A stretch of 64,000 nucleotides of DNA, from positions 434,001-498,000 of the forward strand of contig CDROCS010001101.1 in the NCBI GenBank assembly GCA_977020255.1. Direction: 5' to 3'. The notes beneath the pieces are model-generated. The model was not told the origin of the DNA. It searched no databases and saw only the letters and a program-made list of their open reading frames with translations. This DNA is from Obrimoposthia wandeli. Lineage: Eukaryota. The position numbers and the translations under genes were made by a program. Positions 18,738 through 30,313 of the stretch are shown here, piece by piece; the first letter of the stretch is position 1, and every line of letters begins with the position of its first letter.

Positions 18738-21041
18738 ATGAGTGATATTTCGACTACAGCAACAATTTCAAGTACTGCAGCTAAAACCTCGAGTACTGCA
18801 GCTAAAACCTCGAGATCTGTAACAATAGAACCTAACGCAGAAACACGCTTTAACAATGAAATAAATGCGCTTAATCAAGGTCGATTTTATGACCCGTTTG
18901 CTTTTTTAGGTCCACATAAAATAAGTAAAAATGAATACGAATTAAAAGTATTTATTCCCGGCGCTCAGCACGTTTATTATCAAGACAAAAACCAGCAGTT
19001 ACGTTATCAACGTGTCGGCAACAGCGATCTATTTATACTTAACCTATCCGCTAAACAATATAATGCTAATTATAAATTAACCATCGCCTACCCGTTTTCA
19101 ACGGTGACAGAACAAGACCCGTATAAGTTCTCATCAACCCTAGATCAAAATGCTGTTTACCTGTTTAACGAAGGTACGTTAGAGCAAGCCCAACGACATC
19201 TAGGCGCGCATTGGACCATCACAGATAATGTTGAAGGCGTACGCTTTACAGTCTGGGCACCAAACGCCACTTCAGTAAGCTTAATTGGTAACTTTAACCA
19301 ATGGAATATCACGCGTCATCCAATGCGTAAGCATCTTGGTGCTGGCATTTGGGAAATTTTCATTGCTGATATCGCCGACTCTGATGAAGATAACAATTAC
19401 AAATTTAGTATTATCACCGAAAGTGGTGAACGCTTAGAAAAAGCCGACCCTTTTGCTTCGTCAATGCAATTACGTCCACAAACAGCATCGTGTGTACCAA
19501 CGAAGACAACGTCTGCGACTTGGCAGCAATCTCCAGCGAAAGCTTGGACACAGCGCGCTGAACGCAACGCTATAGACGCACCGATCACTATCTATGAGGT
19601 CCACGCGGGCTCTTGGAAACGTGACGAGAACAACCAATTTTTAAGCTACAAAGCGTTATCAGAACAACTTGTACCTTATGTGAAAGAGCTTGGTTTTACC
19701 CACATTCAATTAATGCCAATCAGTGAATTTCCGTTTGACGGTTCTTGGGGTTACCAACCTGTTGGCTTATTTGCGCCAACCAGTCGTTTTGGTAGCTTGG
19801 CTGATTTCCAATTCTTTGTTGATGCCTGTCATGCAGCCAACATCGGTTTATTAATCGATTGGGTACCGGGACACTTCCCTGCTGATGACCACGGTTTAGC
19901 GCAATTTGATGGCTCTCACCTATTTGAACATGCGGATAAACGTCAAGGTTTCCATCCTGATTGGAATACCCACATCTTTAATTATGATCGTGCAGAAGTA
20001 CAAAGTTTCTTAATTTCTAATGCCCTAGCTTGGTTTGATAACTTTGCTATTGATGGTCTGCGTGTTGATGCCGTTGCGTCTATGCTGTATCTCGATTACA
20101 GCCGTAAAGAAGGTGAATGGATCCCGAATGAACACGGTGGCCGTGAAAACCTTGGCGCGATTGAATTATTAAAACAAGTGAATCAACGTTGTTATAAAAA
20201 CCACCCAGGCATCATGATGGTTGCAGAAGAATCAACAGCTTGGCCTGGTGTGACTAACTTTGTCGACCAAGGTGGCCTTGGTTTTGGTTACAAGTGGAAC
20301 ATGGGTTGGATGAATGACAGCTTAGAATACATGAGCTGTGACCCACTCTACCGCCAACATCACCACCATGAAATGACATTCTCATTGGCTTACGCATTTA
20401 GCGAAAACTTTATCTTACCGTTAAGCCACGACGAAGTTGTACACGGTAAAGGTTCATTGCTTAACAAGATGCCGGGCGATGATTGGCAGAAGTTTGCTAA
20501 TTTACGCGCTTATTACGGTTTCATGTGGGCGCACCCAGGTAAGAAGTTGTTATTTATGGGTTGTGAGTTTGGTCAACGTGCAGAATGGAATCACGACCAA
20601 TCACTAGACTGGCATTTACTTGAGCAATCACCACACCAAGGTGTGCAAGATCTCATAAAAACATTAAATAACAATTACTGTCATCAAACTGCCTTGTTTG
20701 AGTTAGACACTGATCACCAAGGCTTTGATTGGATAGATGCAAGCAACGCTGAACAGTCAGTATTTAGTTTCTTACGTTACAGCAAAGCAAAAGAAGAGCA
20801 TGTTGCCGTGGTATCGAACATGACACCAGCGTGCCAACCACATTACCGCATTGGTGTACCGAGTCTTGCCGAATATGAAGTATTAGTAAATACCGATGAT
20901 AGCCAATTTGGCGGCAGCGGTTTTGCAACGCAGACAAGCTACACAGCTGAGAGCATTGAATGGCAAGGCTTTAAACAAAGCATCTGTATCGCGCTACCAC
21001 CGTTATCAACGGTATACCTAGCGCCAAAGACAAATAGATAA
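18738..21041 (+). CDS. glgB: 1,4-alpha-glucan branching enzyme
   Basis: YEVHAGSW, WGYQP, DWVPGHF, RVDAVASM, EEST, SHDEVVHGK. Confidence 0.96.
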   Translation: MSDISTTATISSTAAKTSSTAAKTSRSVTIEPNAETRFNNEINALNQGRFYDPFAFLGPHKISKNEYELKVFIPGAQHVYYQDKNQQLRYQRVGNSDLFILNLSAKQYNANYKLTIAYPFSTVTEQDPYKFSSTLDQNAVYLFNEGTLEQAQRHLGAHWTITDNVEGVRFTVWAPNATSVSLIGNFNQWNITRHPMRKHLGAGIWEIFIADIADSDEDNNYKFSIITESGERLEKADPFASSMQLRPQTASCVPTKTTSATWQQSPAKAWTQRAERNAIDAPITIYEVHAGSWKRDENNQFLSYKALSEQLVPYVKELGFTHIQLMPISEFPFDGSWGYQPVGLFAPTSRFGSLADFQFFVDACHAANIGLLIDWVPGHFPADDHGLAQFDGSHLFEHADKRQGFHPDWNTHIFNYDRAEVQSFLISNALAWFDNFAIDGLRVDAVASMLYLDYSRKEGEWIPNEHGGRENLGAIELLKQVNQRCYKNHPGIMMVAEESTAWPGVTNFVDQGGLGFGYKWNMGWMNDSLEYMSCDPLYRQHHHHEMTFSLAYAFSENFILPLSHDEVVHGKGSLLNKMPGDDWQKFANLRAYYGFMWAHPGKKLLFMGCEFGQRAEWNHDQSLDWHLLEQSPHQGVQDLIKTLNNNYCHQTALFELDTDHQGFDWIDASNAEQSVFSFLRYSKAKEEHVAVVSNMTPACQPHYRIGVPSLAEYEVLVNTDDSQFGGSGFATQTSYTAESIEWQGFKQSICIALPPLSTVYLAPKTNR
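18771..18814 (+). repeat. Perfect 21-bp tandem duplication in the glgB 5' end
   Basis: AGTACTGCAGCTAAAACCTCG x2, encoding STAAKTS twice. Confidence 0.95.
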
Positions 21042-21086
21042 CCCCAAATAACTAATTCGCCCAAATGTCATAATAAAGGAAGTTAT

Positions 21087-23585
21087 ATGTCATTAAAAAA
21101 ACAAAAATCTAAAACAAACAAAGTTTGTAAATTAGAGACAAAAAATGGGCCAGTGGTAAATGCCAGCACTTTGCCTGAAGATTTAAAGCGTCATTTCCAT
21201 TACACCCTAGGGCGTGATGAAGTTGGTGAGTCACCGCAATATTTATATCATGCGCTTGCACTAACAATCCGTGACCGCCTGATGGAAAAATCACGCGCGA
21301 CCAAGAAACTACAGCAAGCACAACCTACTCGTCGCGCAGCTTATCTATCATTAGAATTTTTGATGGGGCGTGCATTAGGTAACGCAGTATTAAATCTTGA
21401 TTTAGAAGACAGCGTACGTAAAGGACTTAACCAATACAGCAGCGAATTAGAAACAATTGCTGATTCTGAGCACGATGCTGGTCTAGGTAACGGTGGTCTA
21501 GGTCGTCTAGCTGCGTGTTTCCTTGATAGTTGCGCAAGCTTAGCCTTACCAGTTACTGGTTATGGCATCCGTTATGAATACGGCATGTTTAACCAAAGCA
21601 TTGAAAATGGTCATCAAATAGAGCATCCAGACAACTGGCTACGCGATGGACATCCTTGGGAAGTAGCAGCACCAGAACATAGCCGCCGCGTTAAATTCTT
21701 CGGTCGTGTAGAAACTTATCAAGACAAAGAAGGCCAAACACATCACCAATGGGTTGGTACAGAAGACGTACTTGCTGTGCCATATGATGTGCCAGTACCG
21801 GGTTATCAAAACGGTATTGTTAATACGTTACGTTTATGGAAATCAGCGGCAACAGATGAATTTGATCTAGGTGAATTCAACGCCGGTAGTTATACCGAAG
21901 CCGTTGCACGTAAAAACTTAGCTGAACAAATCACCATGGTATTGTATCCAAACGATGCCAGTGAAAACGGTAAAGAACTGCGTTTACGTCAGCAATACTT
22001 CCTCACTTCAGCTAGCTTACAAGACATTATGGCTGAATGGGTAAAAGTACACGGTAGCGACTTTACTGATTTTGCTAAGTACCACGTATTCCAACTTAAC
22101 GATACTCACCCAAGTGTGGCTGTTGCTGAGTTAATGCGTCTATTACTGGATGAGCATGATTTAGATTGGGATGCTGCATGGCAGATCACCACATCGACGA
22201 TGGCTTATACCAACCATACGCTATTGCCTGAAGCATTAGAAAAATGGTCTGTGCGTTTATTCTCACACCTATTACCGCGTGTACTGGAAATCATTTTTGA
22301 AATCAACGCACGATTCTTAACGGAAGTAGCTTGCCAATGGCCTGGTGATGTTGACAAGCAACGCGCATTGTCAATTATCGAAGAAGGCGATGACCCACAA
22401 GTACGCATGGCTTACCTTGCAATCGTGGGCAGTTTCTCGGTAAACGGCGTTGCAGCATTGCATACCCAACTACTGAGCGAAGGCTTGTTTAACGACTTCT
22501 ATCAGTTGACGCCAAACAAATTTAATAACAAAACCAATGGTGTTACCCCACGCCGCTGGTTAGCACATTGTAATCCAAAACTGAGCGAATTAATTACCGA
22601 TAAAATTGGTAACAATTGGACACGTGATTTAAGCGAGATCAGTAAGCTACGTCGTTACTACGACAACGATCAATTTCACGCTCAATGGCAAGACGTTAAA
22701 CAGCATAACAAGCAACAACTTGCTGATTTAGTGAAAGAAGCTTGTGGTGTTGAATTCGATACCAACATGATGTTTGACGTGCAAGTTAAACGTATGCACG
22801 AATACAAACGTCAACTACTGAATATCATGCATGTTATCCATCTTTATGACCGCATTCGTCGTGGTGATACTGAAGGCATGACGCCACGCTGTGTATTAAT
22901 TGGTGGTAAAGCCGCGCCGGGTTACTTCATTGCTAAGTTAACGATTAAGTTAATCAACAATGTCGCAGCAACGATCAACGCCGACCCGCTAGCACAACCT
23001 TGGTTACGTGTTGCTTTCTTACCGAACTACAACGTTACCGCGATGGAAACGATTTGTGCGGCAACCGACTTGTCAGAACAGATCTCGACTGCAGGTAAAG
23101 AAGCGTCTGGTACTGGCAACATGAAATTCATGATGAACGGCGCTGCTACTATCGGTACGTTAGATGGTGCCAACATTGAAATTCGTGATGCGGTTGGTGC
23201 AGATAACTTCTTCTTGTTTGGTGCACGCAGCGAGCAAGTAGCCGCAATTCGCGAACACTACAACCCAGCACAGATTATTGCTAATGACAGTAACTTGAAT
23301 AACGTCATGGCATTACTTAACAGTAACCATTTCAACTTGTTTGAACATGGCTTATTCCAACCATTAATTGACTCTATTTTGAATGAGCATGACCAATGGT
23401 TAGTGGCGCACGATTTCGCCGATTACTGTAAAGCACAACAAGCTGCTGCGCTTGTTTATCAAGACAAAGAAGCGTGGACACGATTAAGCATTTTAAATAC
23501 AGCTGCAAGTGGTTCGTTCTCAAGTGACCGTACCATTAATGAATACAACAACGACATCTGGAACCTTACACCACTGAGTGTGTAA
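21087..23585 (+). CDS. glgP: Glycogen/starch phosphorylase
   Basis: GNGGLGRLAAC, LRQQYF, QLNDTHP, NKTNGVTPRRW, EASGTGNMK (PLP lysine). Confidence 0.95.
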   Translation: MSLKKQKSKTNKVCKLETKNGPVVNASTLPEDLKRHFHYTLGRDEVGESPQYLYHALALTIRDRLMEKSRATKKLQQAQPTRRAAYLSLEFLMGRALGNAVLNLDLEDSVRKGLNQYSSELETIADSEHDAGLGNGGLGRLAACFLDSCASLALPVTGYGIRYEYGMFNQSIENGHQIEHPDNWLRDGHPWEVAAPEHSRRVKFFGRVETYQDKEGQTHHQWVGTEDVLAVPYDVPVPGYQNGIVNTLRLWKSAATDEFDLGEFNAGSYTEAVARKNLAEQITMVLYPNDASENGKELRLRQQYFLTSASLQDIMAEWVKVHGSDFTDFAKYHVFQLNDTHPSVAVAELMRLLLDEHDLDWDAAWQITTSTMAYTNHTLLPEALEKWSVRLFSHLLPRVLEIIFEINARFLTEVACQWPGDVDKQRALSIIEEGDDPQVRMAYLAIVGSFSVNGVAALHTQLLSEGLFNDFYQLTPNKFNNKTNGVTPRRWLAHCNPKLSELITDKIGNNWTRDLSEISKLRRYYDNDQFHAQWQDVKQHNKQQLADLVKEACGVEFDTNMMFDVQVKRMHEYKRQLLNIMHVIHLYDRIRRGDTEGMTPRCVLIGGKAAPGYFIAKLTIKLINNVAATINADPLAQPWLRVAFLPNYNVTAMETICAATDLSEQISTAGKEASGTGNMKFMMNGAATIGTLDGANIEIRDAVGADNFFLFGARSEQVAAIREHYNPAQIIANDSNLNNVMALLNSNHFNLFEHGLFQPLIDSILNEHDQWLVAHDFADYCKAQQAAALVYQDKEAWTRLSILNTAASGSFSSDRTINEYNNDIWNLTPLSV

Positions 23586-23681
23586 CGCCCTGAACACAAT
23601 TTATTAAGTGGTTTATGTCAATGATGATTTAAGCCACTTTATATAAACCGAATTCCGACAAAAAGCTTATGGAGAAGTAAT

Positions 23682-25010
23682 ATGTCACAAGGTGCACATC
23701 GTTATATTAGTAACTTAACTAAAGATACTTACGCCCTTATCCTTGCCGGTGGCCGAGGCAGTCGTTTACATGAGTTAACTGATTGGCGCGCAAAACCAGC
23801 GGTATTTTTCGGTGGTAAATTCCGCATCATCGATTTCCCATTATCTAATTGCATTAACTCTGGGATCCGCCGTGTTGGTATTGCAACACAGTACAAATCA
23901 CATTCATTAATCCGTCACGTAAACCGTGGTTGGGGACACTTCAAGAAAGAATTGTCTGAATCTGTAGAGATTTTACCGGCATCACAGCGTTACGGTAACG
24001 ACTGGTATTCAGGTACTGCTGACGCGGTATTCCAAAACATGGATATCATCCGTGCAGAAATGCCGAAATACGTACTGATTTTATCAGGTGACCATGTATA
24101 CCGTATGGATTACGGTGATCTGATCGCTAAACACGTAGAAAACGGCGCAGACATGACGGTATGTTGCATCGAAGTACCAACGGAAGAAGCCGCAGGTCAA
24201 TTTGGTGTAATGACGGTTGATGGCGATAATCGCGTTAAAGCGTTTGATGAAAAACCAGCACAACCAAACGAGATCCCGGGTAAACCAGGTCAATGTTTAG
24301 CATCAATGGGCAACTATGTATTTAATACTGAGTTCCTATTCGAACAGTTAGAAAAAGATGCAACACGCGAAACATCAGACCGTGACTTTGGTAATGACAT
24401 CATTCCATCAATCATTGAAGGCAGTGACGTATTTGCATTCCCATTCAGCGACCCTGATAGCGACAAACAACCGTACTGGCGCGATGTAGGTACACTGGAT
24501 TCATTCTGGGAAGCGAACATGGAATTGGTTACACCAGAACCACAGCTGAACCTTTATGATTCAAGCTGGCCGATTTGGACGTACCAAGAGCAACTACCAC
24601 CAGCAAAATTCGTGTTTGATGACGATGAACGTCGCGGCATGGCTGTTGATTCAACAGTATCAGGTGGTTGCATCATCTCTGGCTCTACAATCCGTAAGTC
24701 ACTGTTATTCTCTAACGTGCACGTACATTCATATTCAACGATTGAAGAGTCGGTTATTTTACCGGGTGCTGATATCGGTGAGAGCTGTCAATTACGCCGC
24801 ACTATCGTTGACAGTAAATGTGTACTACCTGCTGGTTTAATCGTTGGCCATGATAAAGAGCAAGATATTGCTAATGGCTTCCGTGTTTCACCAAAAGGTA
24901 TCACGCTAGTGACTTCAGACATGCTGAAATTTATGGCTGCGAAACAAGCCAAAGAAGCATTAGAAAAAGCCACAGAACAAGCTGTAGAAAAAGATGTAGC
25001 ACTCGTTTAA
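23682..25010 (+). CDS. glgC: Glucose-1-phosphate adenylyltransferase
   Basis: [32 protein letters not shown]. Confidence 0.97.
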   Translation: MSQGAHRYISNLTKDTYALILAGGRGSRLHELTDWRAKPAVFFGGKFRIIDFPLSNCINSGIRRVGIATQYKSHSLIRHVNRGWGHFKKELSESVEILPASQRYGNDWYSGTADAVFQNMDIIRAEMPKYVLILSGDHVYRMDYGDLIAKHVENGADMTVCCIEVPTEEAAGQFGVMTVDGDNRVKAFDEKPAQPNEIPGKPGQCLASMGNYVFNTEFLFEQLEKDATRETSDRDFGNDIIPSIIEGSDVFAFPFSDPDSDKQPYWRDVGTLDSFWEANMELVTPEPQLNLYDSSWPIWTYQEQLPPAKFVFDDDERRGMAVDSTVSGGCIISGSTIRKSLLFSNVHVHSYSTIEESVILPGADIGESCQLRRTIVDSKCVLPAGLIVGHDKEQDIANGFRVSPKGITLVTSDMLKFMAAKQAKEALEKATEQAVEKDVALV

Positions 25011-25050
25011 ATAATAACGTTTCTCAATTCTTTATAAACAGCATTTGATA

Positions 25051-25084
25051 AGCAATAAGTCACTTAACTAAGTGACTTATTGCT
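25051..25084. repeat. Perfect 16-bp inverted repeat with a 2-nt loop between glgC and glgA
   Basis: AGCAATAAGTCACTTA-AC-TAAGTGACTTATTGCT. Confidence 0.9.
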
Positions 25085-25181
25085 ATTTTTGTTTTATAAC
25101 TTTAGTTCTACGAATACATCTAATTTTACCAGTACATCTAATAACACAACTTTACTATTCTGCTTTAAGGACAATTTATTC

Positions 25182-26747
25182 ATGCATGTTTTAATGATAG
25201 CAGCCGAAAATGATGCAATACCAGGTGCTAAAGTTGGTGGCGTTGCTGACGTCGTTCGCGATTTACCCCAAGCCTTACCAGCCCATGATGTAAGTGTTGA
25301 TGTTGTGATCCCTGATTATGGCCATTACGCTGCCAAGTTTGAATCTCGTCAACTGGCAAGTGTCGATGTTGAATTTGCAGGCCAAACAGAAACCGTTACC
25401 TTGTTCGAGCTGTTCTTTCCTGAAACACAAAATAAAGTGCGTCAGTTTGTTGTCCAACACCCGCTATTTTCTCAAGGTGGCAGTGTTTACAGCCACGACG
25501 AAGGCAACCGCCCTTTCGCCACTGATGCAACTAAATACGCGCTATTTAACCTTGCTGTATGCCAACTGCTTATCGAGTCGAAATTAACGCGACCTGATGT
25601 ATTACATTTACACGACTGGCACAGCGCAACAGTTGCGGTATTAAGCGAATACGCACCGCAGTATAAACAGCTGGCTAGTATTCATACCGTTTACACAGTA
25701 CACAACATTGCTTTGCAAGGCATCCGCCCATTTGCAGACGATGAATCAAGTTTACGCCATTGGTTCCCTACCCTTAATTTTGATCAAAGCCGTATTTGCG
25801 ATCCGCGTTATACCCATTGTTATAACCCAATGCGCGCTGGTATCAATCTAGCGAATAAAGTTCATGTGGTATCGCCTACTTACGCTGAAGAAGTATTACA
25901 CGCTAGCGATGCGGCGAATGGTTTCTTTGGTGGTGAAGGCCTAGAACAAGATTTAACGGCAGCCAAACAACAAGGTCGTTTAGTCGGTATTTTAAATGGC
26001 TGTGAGTACACAGACACGGTCAGTAAGAAACGCGCTAAAAAGCCCGCGTTAAGTACCTTTATCGCACCAGCACAACAGCAAGTTAAGCGTTGGTTAGCAC
26101 AATCTGCGCACCTAAAAACGGTTCATTACCTTGCTAACGAGCAAATTAATAACTGGAACAGCCAAGCACCCTTCTCTGATTTCTTGGTGACAAGTATTGG
26201 TCGTTTAACCGATCAAAAAGCACTGTTGTTACGTCAACCTTATCAAGGTAAAACCGTATTGTCGGTATTGCTTGATGATCTTGCTCGCGTCAATGGTCGC
26301 ATGATTATTCTTGGTTCGGGTGATACCCAGATTGAATTTGAATTCATGCAGCTAATGGCAAGTCATGACAATTTCTTATTCTTGAATGGTTATGGCCAAG
26401 CGTTATCTGATCAGATGTATCTACATGGTGATCTGTTCTTGATGCCAAGCTCGTTTGAACCTTGTGGTATCAGCCAGATGTTAGCAATGCGTGACGGTCA
26501 ACCTTGCCTAGTGCACGCGGTTGGTGGTTTGAAAGACACGGTTCAGCATTTAGAAAATGGCTTTAGCTTTAACGGTTCATCACTGCAAGAGCAGAGCGAT
26601 AACTTAATTGCTGCGTTTAATGATGCGATCAAGCTTCACGCAAGCAAGCCGAAGACATGGGCTAAGATTGCCGACAACGCCAAGTCAGCTCGTTTCAGCT
26701 GGCAAGAAAGTACTAAACAGTACCTAGAACTGCTTTATACGCACTAA
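25182..26747 (+). CDS. glgA: Glycogen synthase (start reassigned to MHVLMIAAE)
   Basis: KVGGVADV ADP-glucose motif, LHLHDWH, TVHNI, PSSFEPCG, VGGLKDTV. Confidence 0.92.
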   Translation: MHVLMIAAENDAIPGAKVGGVADVVRDLPQALPAHDVSVDVVIPDYGHYAAKFESRQLASVDVEFAGQTETVTLFELFFPETQNKVRQFVVQHPLFSQGGSVYSHDEGNRPFATDATKYALFNLAVCQLLIESKLTRPDVLHLHDWHSATVAVLSEYAPQYKQLASIHTVYTVHNIALQGIRPFADDESSLRHWFPTLNFDQSRICDPRYTHCYNPMRAGINLANKVHVVSPTYAEEVLHASDAANGFFGGEGLEQDLTAAKQQGRLVGILNGCEYTDTVSKKRAKKPALSTFIAPAQQQVKRWLAQSAHLKTVHYLANEQINNWNSQAPFSDFLVTSIGRLTDQKALLLRQPYQGKTVLSVLLDDLARVNGRMIILGSGDTQIEFEFMQLMASHDNFLFLNGYGQALSDQMYLHGDLFLMPSSFEPCGISQMLAMRDGQPCLVHAVGGLKDTVQHLENGFSFNGSSLQEQSDNLIAAFNDAIKLHASKPKTWAKIADNAKSARFSWQESTKQYLELLYTH

Positions 26748-26877
26748 TATATTGAGTGTTTAAACAGTTACGTGTTTAAACAGTTCTCTATATGTGGATA
26801 AAAAGTAATAAAAAACCACCCTGCTTACGTATTTAGTAACTTGGTGGTTTTTTATTATCTTCAGAATACCTGAACGC

Positions 26878-26910
26878 AAAAGGCGCCATTTATATTAAAT
26901 GGCGCCTTTT
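26878..26910. terminator. Bidirectional terminator between the convergent glgA and dcuA
   Basis: AAAAGGCGCCATTTA-TAT-TAAATGGCGCCTTTT. Confidence 0.8.
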
Positions 26911-26994
26911 TTCGTTTAGTCTAATTTTAGCTTTCGTTAACTATCTTCTCACTAACTCTCTTTCACTAACTCTCTTTTAGCTTAGCCGTTCTAA

Positions 26995-28296
26995 TTAAAG
27001 AATAAGCCCGCCAAATACAAAGCCAAGTGCAACAGACGTTGAAATAGTCGCGACACCAGGAATGAAGAATGGGTGGTTAAAGACTAAGTTACCAATACGT
27101 GTTGAGCCGGTATCATCCATCTCTACCGCGGCAAGCAATGTCGGGTAAGTTGGTAATACAAACAGCGCACTTACAGCAGCAAAAGAAGCCACCGCCGTAA
27201 TAGGTGCAACGCCAATCGCAAGTGCTGCAGGCATCAATGCGGTTGTTGTTGCACCTTGAGAATAAAGTAACATTGAAGCAAAGAATAACACTACTGCTAA
27301 CATCCACGGATATTGCTCAAGGATACTCGCTGAGAACTCTTTGATGTCACCGATGTGAGCCGACACAAACGTATCACCCAACCAAGCAACACCCAACACA
27401 CACACACAAGCACTCATGCCTGATTTGAATGTCGCCGCGTTAGCAATTTGCGATGCATCAATCTTAGTGAAAGTCACAATGCACGCAGCAGCAGTCAGCA
27501 TTAACGCCATAATCGCTTCGTTACGTCCAATTGTTGGATTTTCAATAAGACCCACACTACCACTGATCATCGTTGCATAAGCGACAACAGCCACAATAGC
27601 GGCGCAGAAAATATAAACAGATGTTTTGGCTGTCGGTAAAATTTCACGTTTACCTTCACCGTTCATTTTAATCAGACCCTTTGCAAGGCGGTCTTGATAT
27701 ACAGGATCGTCTTTTAGTTCACAGCCTAAGTAGTTTGCAACAAATGCACCGACCATACACGCTAAGAATGTTGACGGAATACAAACCGCTAATAGCGATA
27801 AGTAATCAACACCAAGTGGCTCAAGAATACCTGAGAAGAATACTACTGCGGCTGATATTGGTGACGCAGTAATAGCAATTTGAGACGCAACAACAGCAAT
27901 AGACAAAGGACGCGATGGACGAATACCTTGTTCTTTTGCTACTTCAGCAATCACCGGCAGTGTCGAAAACGCCGTGTGACCCGTACCCGCTAGCACTGTC
28001 ATGAAATAAGTCACGATTGGTGCGTAGAAAGTAATGCGTTTTGGGTTTTTACGTAGAAACTTTTCAGCTAAATCAACTAGCCAATCCATACCACCAGCCA
28101 CTTGCATTGCTGCAATCGCGGTGATAACTGACATGATGATTAAAATAACATCGATAGGGATAGATCCCGCATCGAGACCTAAGATCATGGTTAAGACAAG
28201 TACGCCCGCACCACCAGCAAACCCGATACCAATACCACCAATACGTGCACCTAAATAGATGAACAGTAGTACGACAAAAAGTTGTACAGCAATCAT
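26995..28296 (-). CDS. dcuA: Anaerobic C4-dicarboxylate transporter
   Basis: GARIGGIGIG, ASPISAA, PTYPT motifs; aspA-dcuA synteny. Confidence 0.88.
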   Translation of the reverse strand: MIAVQLFVVLLFIYLGARIGGIGIGFAGGAGVLVLTMILGLDAGSIPIDVILIIMSVITAIAAMQVAGGMDWLVDLAEKFLRKNPKRITFYAPIVTYFMTVLAGTGHTAFSTLPVIAEVAKEQGIRPSRPLSIAVVASQIAITASPISAAVVFFSGILEPLGVDYLSLLAVCIPSTFLACMVGAFVANYLGCELKDDPVYQDRLAKGLIKMNGEGKREILPTAKTSVYIFCAAIVAVVAYATMISGSVGLIENPTIGRNEAIMALMLTAAACIVTFTKIDASQIANAATFKSGMSACVCVLGVAWLGDTFVSAHIGDIKEFSASILEQYPWMLAVVLFFASMLLYSQGATTTALMPAALAIGVAPITAVASFAAVSALFVLPTYPTLLAAVEMDDTGSTRIGNLVFNHPFFIPGVATISTSVALGFVFGGLIL

Positions 28297-28528
28297 AGTA
28301 AACTCCGATTAAGATTAAAAAATATGCGATAGGTAAATCTGTGTTTGTCGAAAACAGACCGCTACTCAGTTAACCGTGTTGTCCGTATTTTGACTCGCTG
28401 GGTTTACCGTTCAATCGTTGACGCATTTGCGCTCGTTTATATCACAAGCGCAAGATTAAACGGTACTCCTAACAGGATTAACATTGCGAACGATCAATAT
28501 ATTTTCAACTTGATTCGTCCAACGCTTA

Positions 28529-29992
28529 TTAAATAGCTTTCGTGTAACGCTGCCCTGTGTATTTAGGCTTCATTAGGTTTTCGATAGAGAATATTTCATC
28601 TAACTCAGCTTCAGACAATAACCCACGTTCCAATACCACTTCACGTACATTTTTACCTGTTTGAGCACAGATTTTACCAATCACATCGCCTTCATGATGA
28701 CCAATAAACGGATTTAGATACGTGATAATACCAATTGAATTTAACACGAAGTCTTGGCATACCTTGCGATTAGCAGTAATGCCTTTAACGCATTTGTCTT
28801 GTAGTGTGAAACACGCATTTTCTAATAACGATAATGATTCAAACAGGCATTGACCAATCACAGGTTCCATTACGTTTAACTGTAATTGACCCGCTTCAGC
28901 CGCCATAGTGATGGTGATGTCGTTACCACATACTTTAAATGCAACTTGGTTAACTACTTCTGGGATTACTGGGTTTACTTTTGCTGGCATAATTGATGAA
29001 CCAGCTTGCATTTCAGGTAGGTTAATTTCGTTTAAACCAGTACGCGGTCCCGAAGAAAGTAGACGTAAGTCGTTACAGATTTTAGATAGTTTCACAGCCA
29101 AACGTTTTAAGCCGCTCGACAACATAACATACGCGCCACAGTCAGACGTTGCTTCGACTAAATCTTCTGCAGGTACAAATGCATGACCCGTAATTTCAGC
29201 TAACTTTTCAATCGCCAGTGCTGAATAACCGATTGGTGAGTTTAAGCCAGTACCGATTGCTGTTGCGCCAAGGTTGATTTCAAGCAGTAATTCTTGGCAG
29301 CGGTTAATACTTCTGATTTCTTCTTTTAACGTGATACCAAAAGCGTGGAATTCTTGACCCAGTGTCATTGGTACAGCGTCTTGTAATTGCGTACGGCCCA
29401 TTTTCAATACGTCGTTAAACTCTTCAGCTTTGTCTAAAAAGGTTTCGCTTAATGATGTTAGTGCTACTAATACAGCATTACTGCGTTCGAACAAGGCAAC
29501 ACGGAAGCCAGTAGGATAAGCATCATTGGTACTTTGGCTTTTATTCACGTGGTCATTTGGGTTGATGTGGTTATAAGCACCTTTAGCATGGCCCATCTGC
29601 TCTAACGCGATATTAGCGATAACTTCGTTGGTGTTCATGTTTACTGATGTACCCGCGCCACCTTGGAATGCATCAACGGGGAATTGATTATAAAATTTGT
29701 CACTTGCTAGCAATGTATTACACGCGTTAACAATCGCGTCACTGATTTCTTCTGGAATAGTACCCAGAATACCATTTGCTAATGCCGCTGCTTTTTTGGT
29801 TTTTACCATGCCGCGTACAAACTCAGGACAATCGCCAATCTTCTCCTTGCTGATTTTAAAATTTTCCATTGCGCGTAATGTGTGAATACCATAGTAAGCG
29901 TGCGCAGGTATTTGTTTTACGCCGAGTAAATCAGTTTCTAGGCGAGTTTCTAGATGTGTGTCTAAGGTAAGATCGGTTGTTAATACTGTCAT
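28529..29992 (-). CDS. aspA: Aspartate ammonia-lyase
   Basis: [29 protein letters not shown]. Confidence 0.96.
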   Translation of the reverse strand: MTVLTTDLTLDTHLETRLETDLLGVKQIPAHAYYGIHTLRAMENFKISKEKIGDCPEFVRGMVKTKKAAALANGILGTIPEEISDAIVNACNTLLASDKFYNQFPVDAFQGGAGTSVNMNTNEVIANIALEQMGHAKGAYNHINPNDHVNKSQSTNDAYPTGFRVALFERSNAVLVALTSLSETFLDKAEEFNDVLKMGRTQLQDAVPMTLGQEFHAFGITLKEEIRSINRCQELLLEINLGATAIGTGLNSPIGYSALAIEKLAEITGHAFVPAEDLVEATSDCGAYVMLSSGLKRLAVKLSKICNDLRLLSSGPRTGLNEINLPEMQAGSSIMPAKVNPVIPEVVNQVAFKVCGNDITITMAAEAGQLQLNVMEPVIGQCLFESLSLLENACFTLQDKCVKGITANRKVCQDFVLNSIGIITYLNPFIGHHEGDVIGKICAQTGKNVREVVLERGLLSEAELDEIFSIENLMKPKYTGQRYTKAI

Positions 29993-30273
29993 AAGTACAC
30001 TCTGCTAATTGATTTTTGTTTAAAGGATATATAAAGAATATGAGTGGATAATACGTTCTATTTTTTTTAATAAAGCGTGTTTCGATCACCTTTTAAAAAC
30101 AAAAGCTTACGAAAGTGAAGAATGTTTTTTTCGGCCTCTGAATCAGCATGTTTTATCTATTTTTATAATAGATTCCACCACAAATACCTCTTTATGGCTA
30201 GTGGATCGATATATCCTTAAATAATCAATAAAGTATTAGTTTTGAATTAATGCGTGTGTTTTATGAACTTTAT

Positions 30274-30313
30274 GGGGTTCGAGGGGTGGATTGGTATGAA
30301 AAACAGGATTAAG
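30274..30313 (+). mobile_element. Possible degenerate Tn3-family terminal inverted repeat (solo)
   Basis: GGGGTTCGAGGG...TGG...GAAAAAC...TTAAG, 40 bp, at the left edge of the accessory region. Confidence 0.3.

Noticed and set aside
28345-28536. 63-aa ORF between aspA and dcuA
   Set aside because: TTG start, no RBS or homology; probably the dcuA leader region.
30274-30290. tRNA 3' fragment (GGTTCGA) as an island att site
   Set aside because: No complementary T-arm stem or CCA follows.
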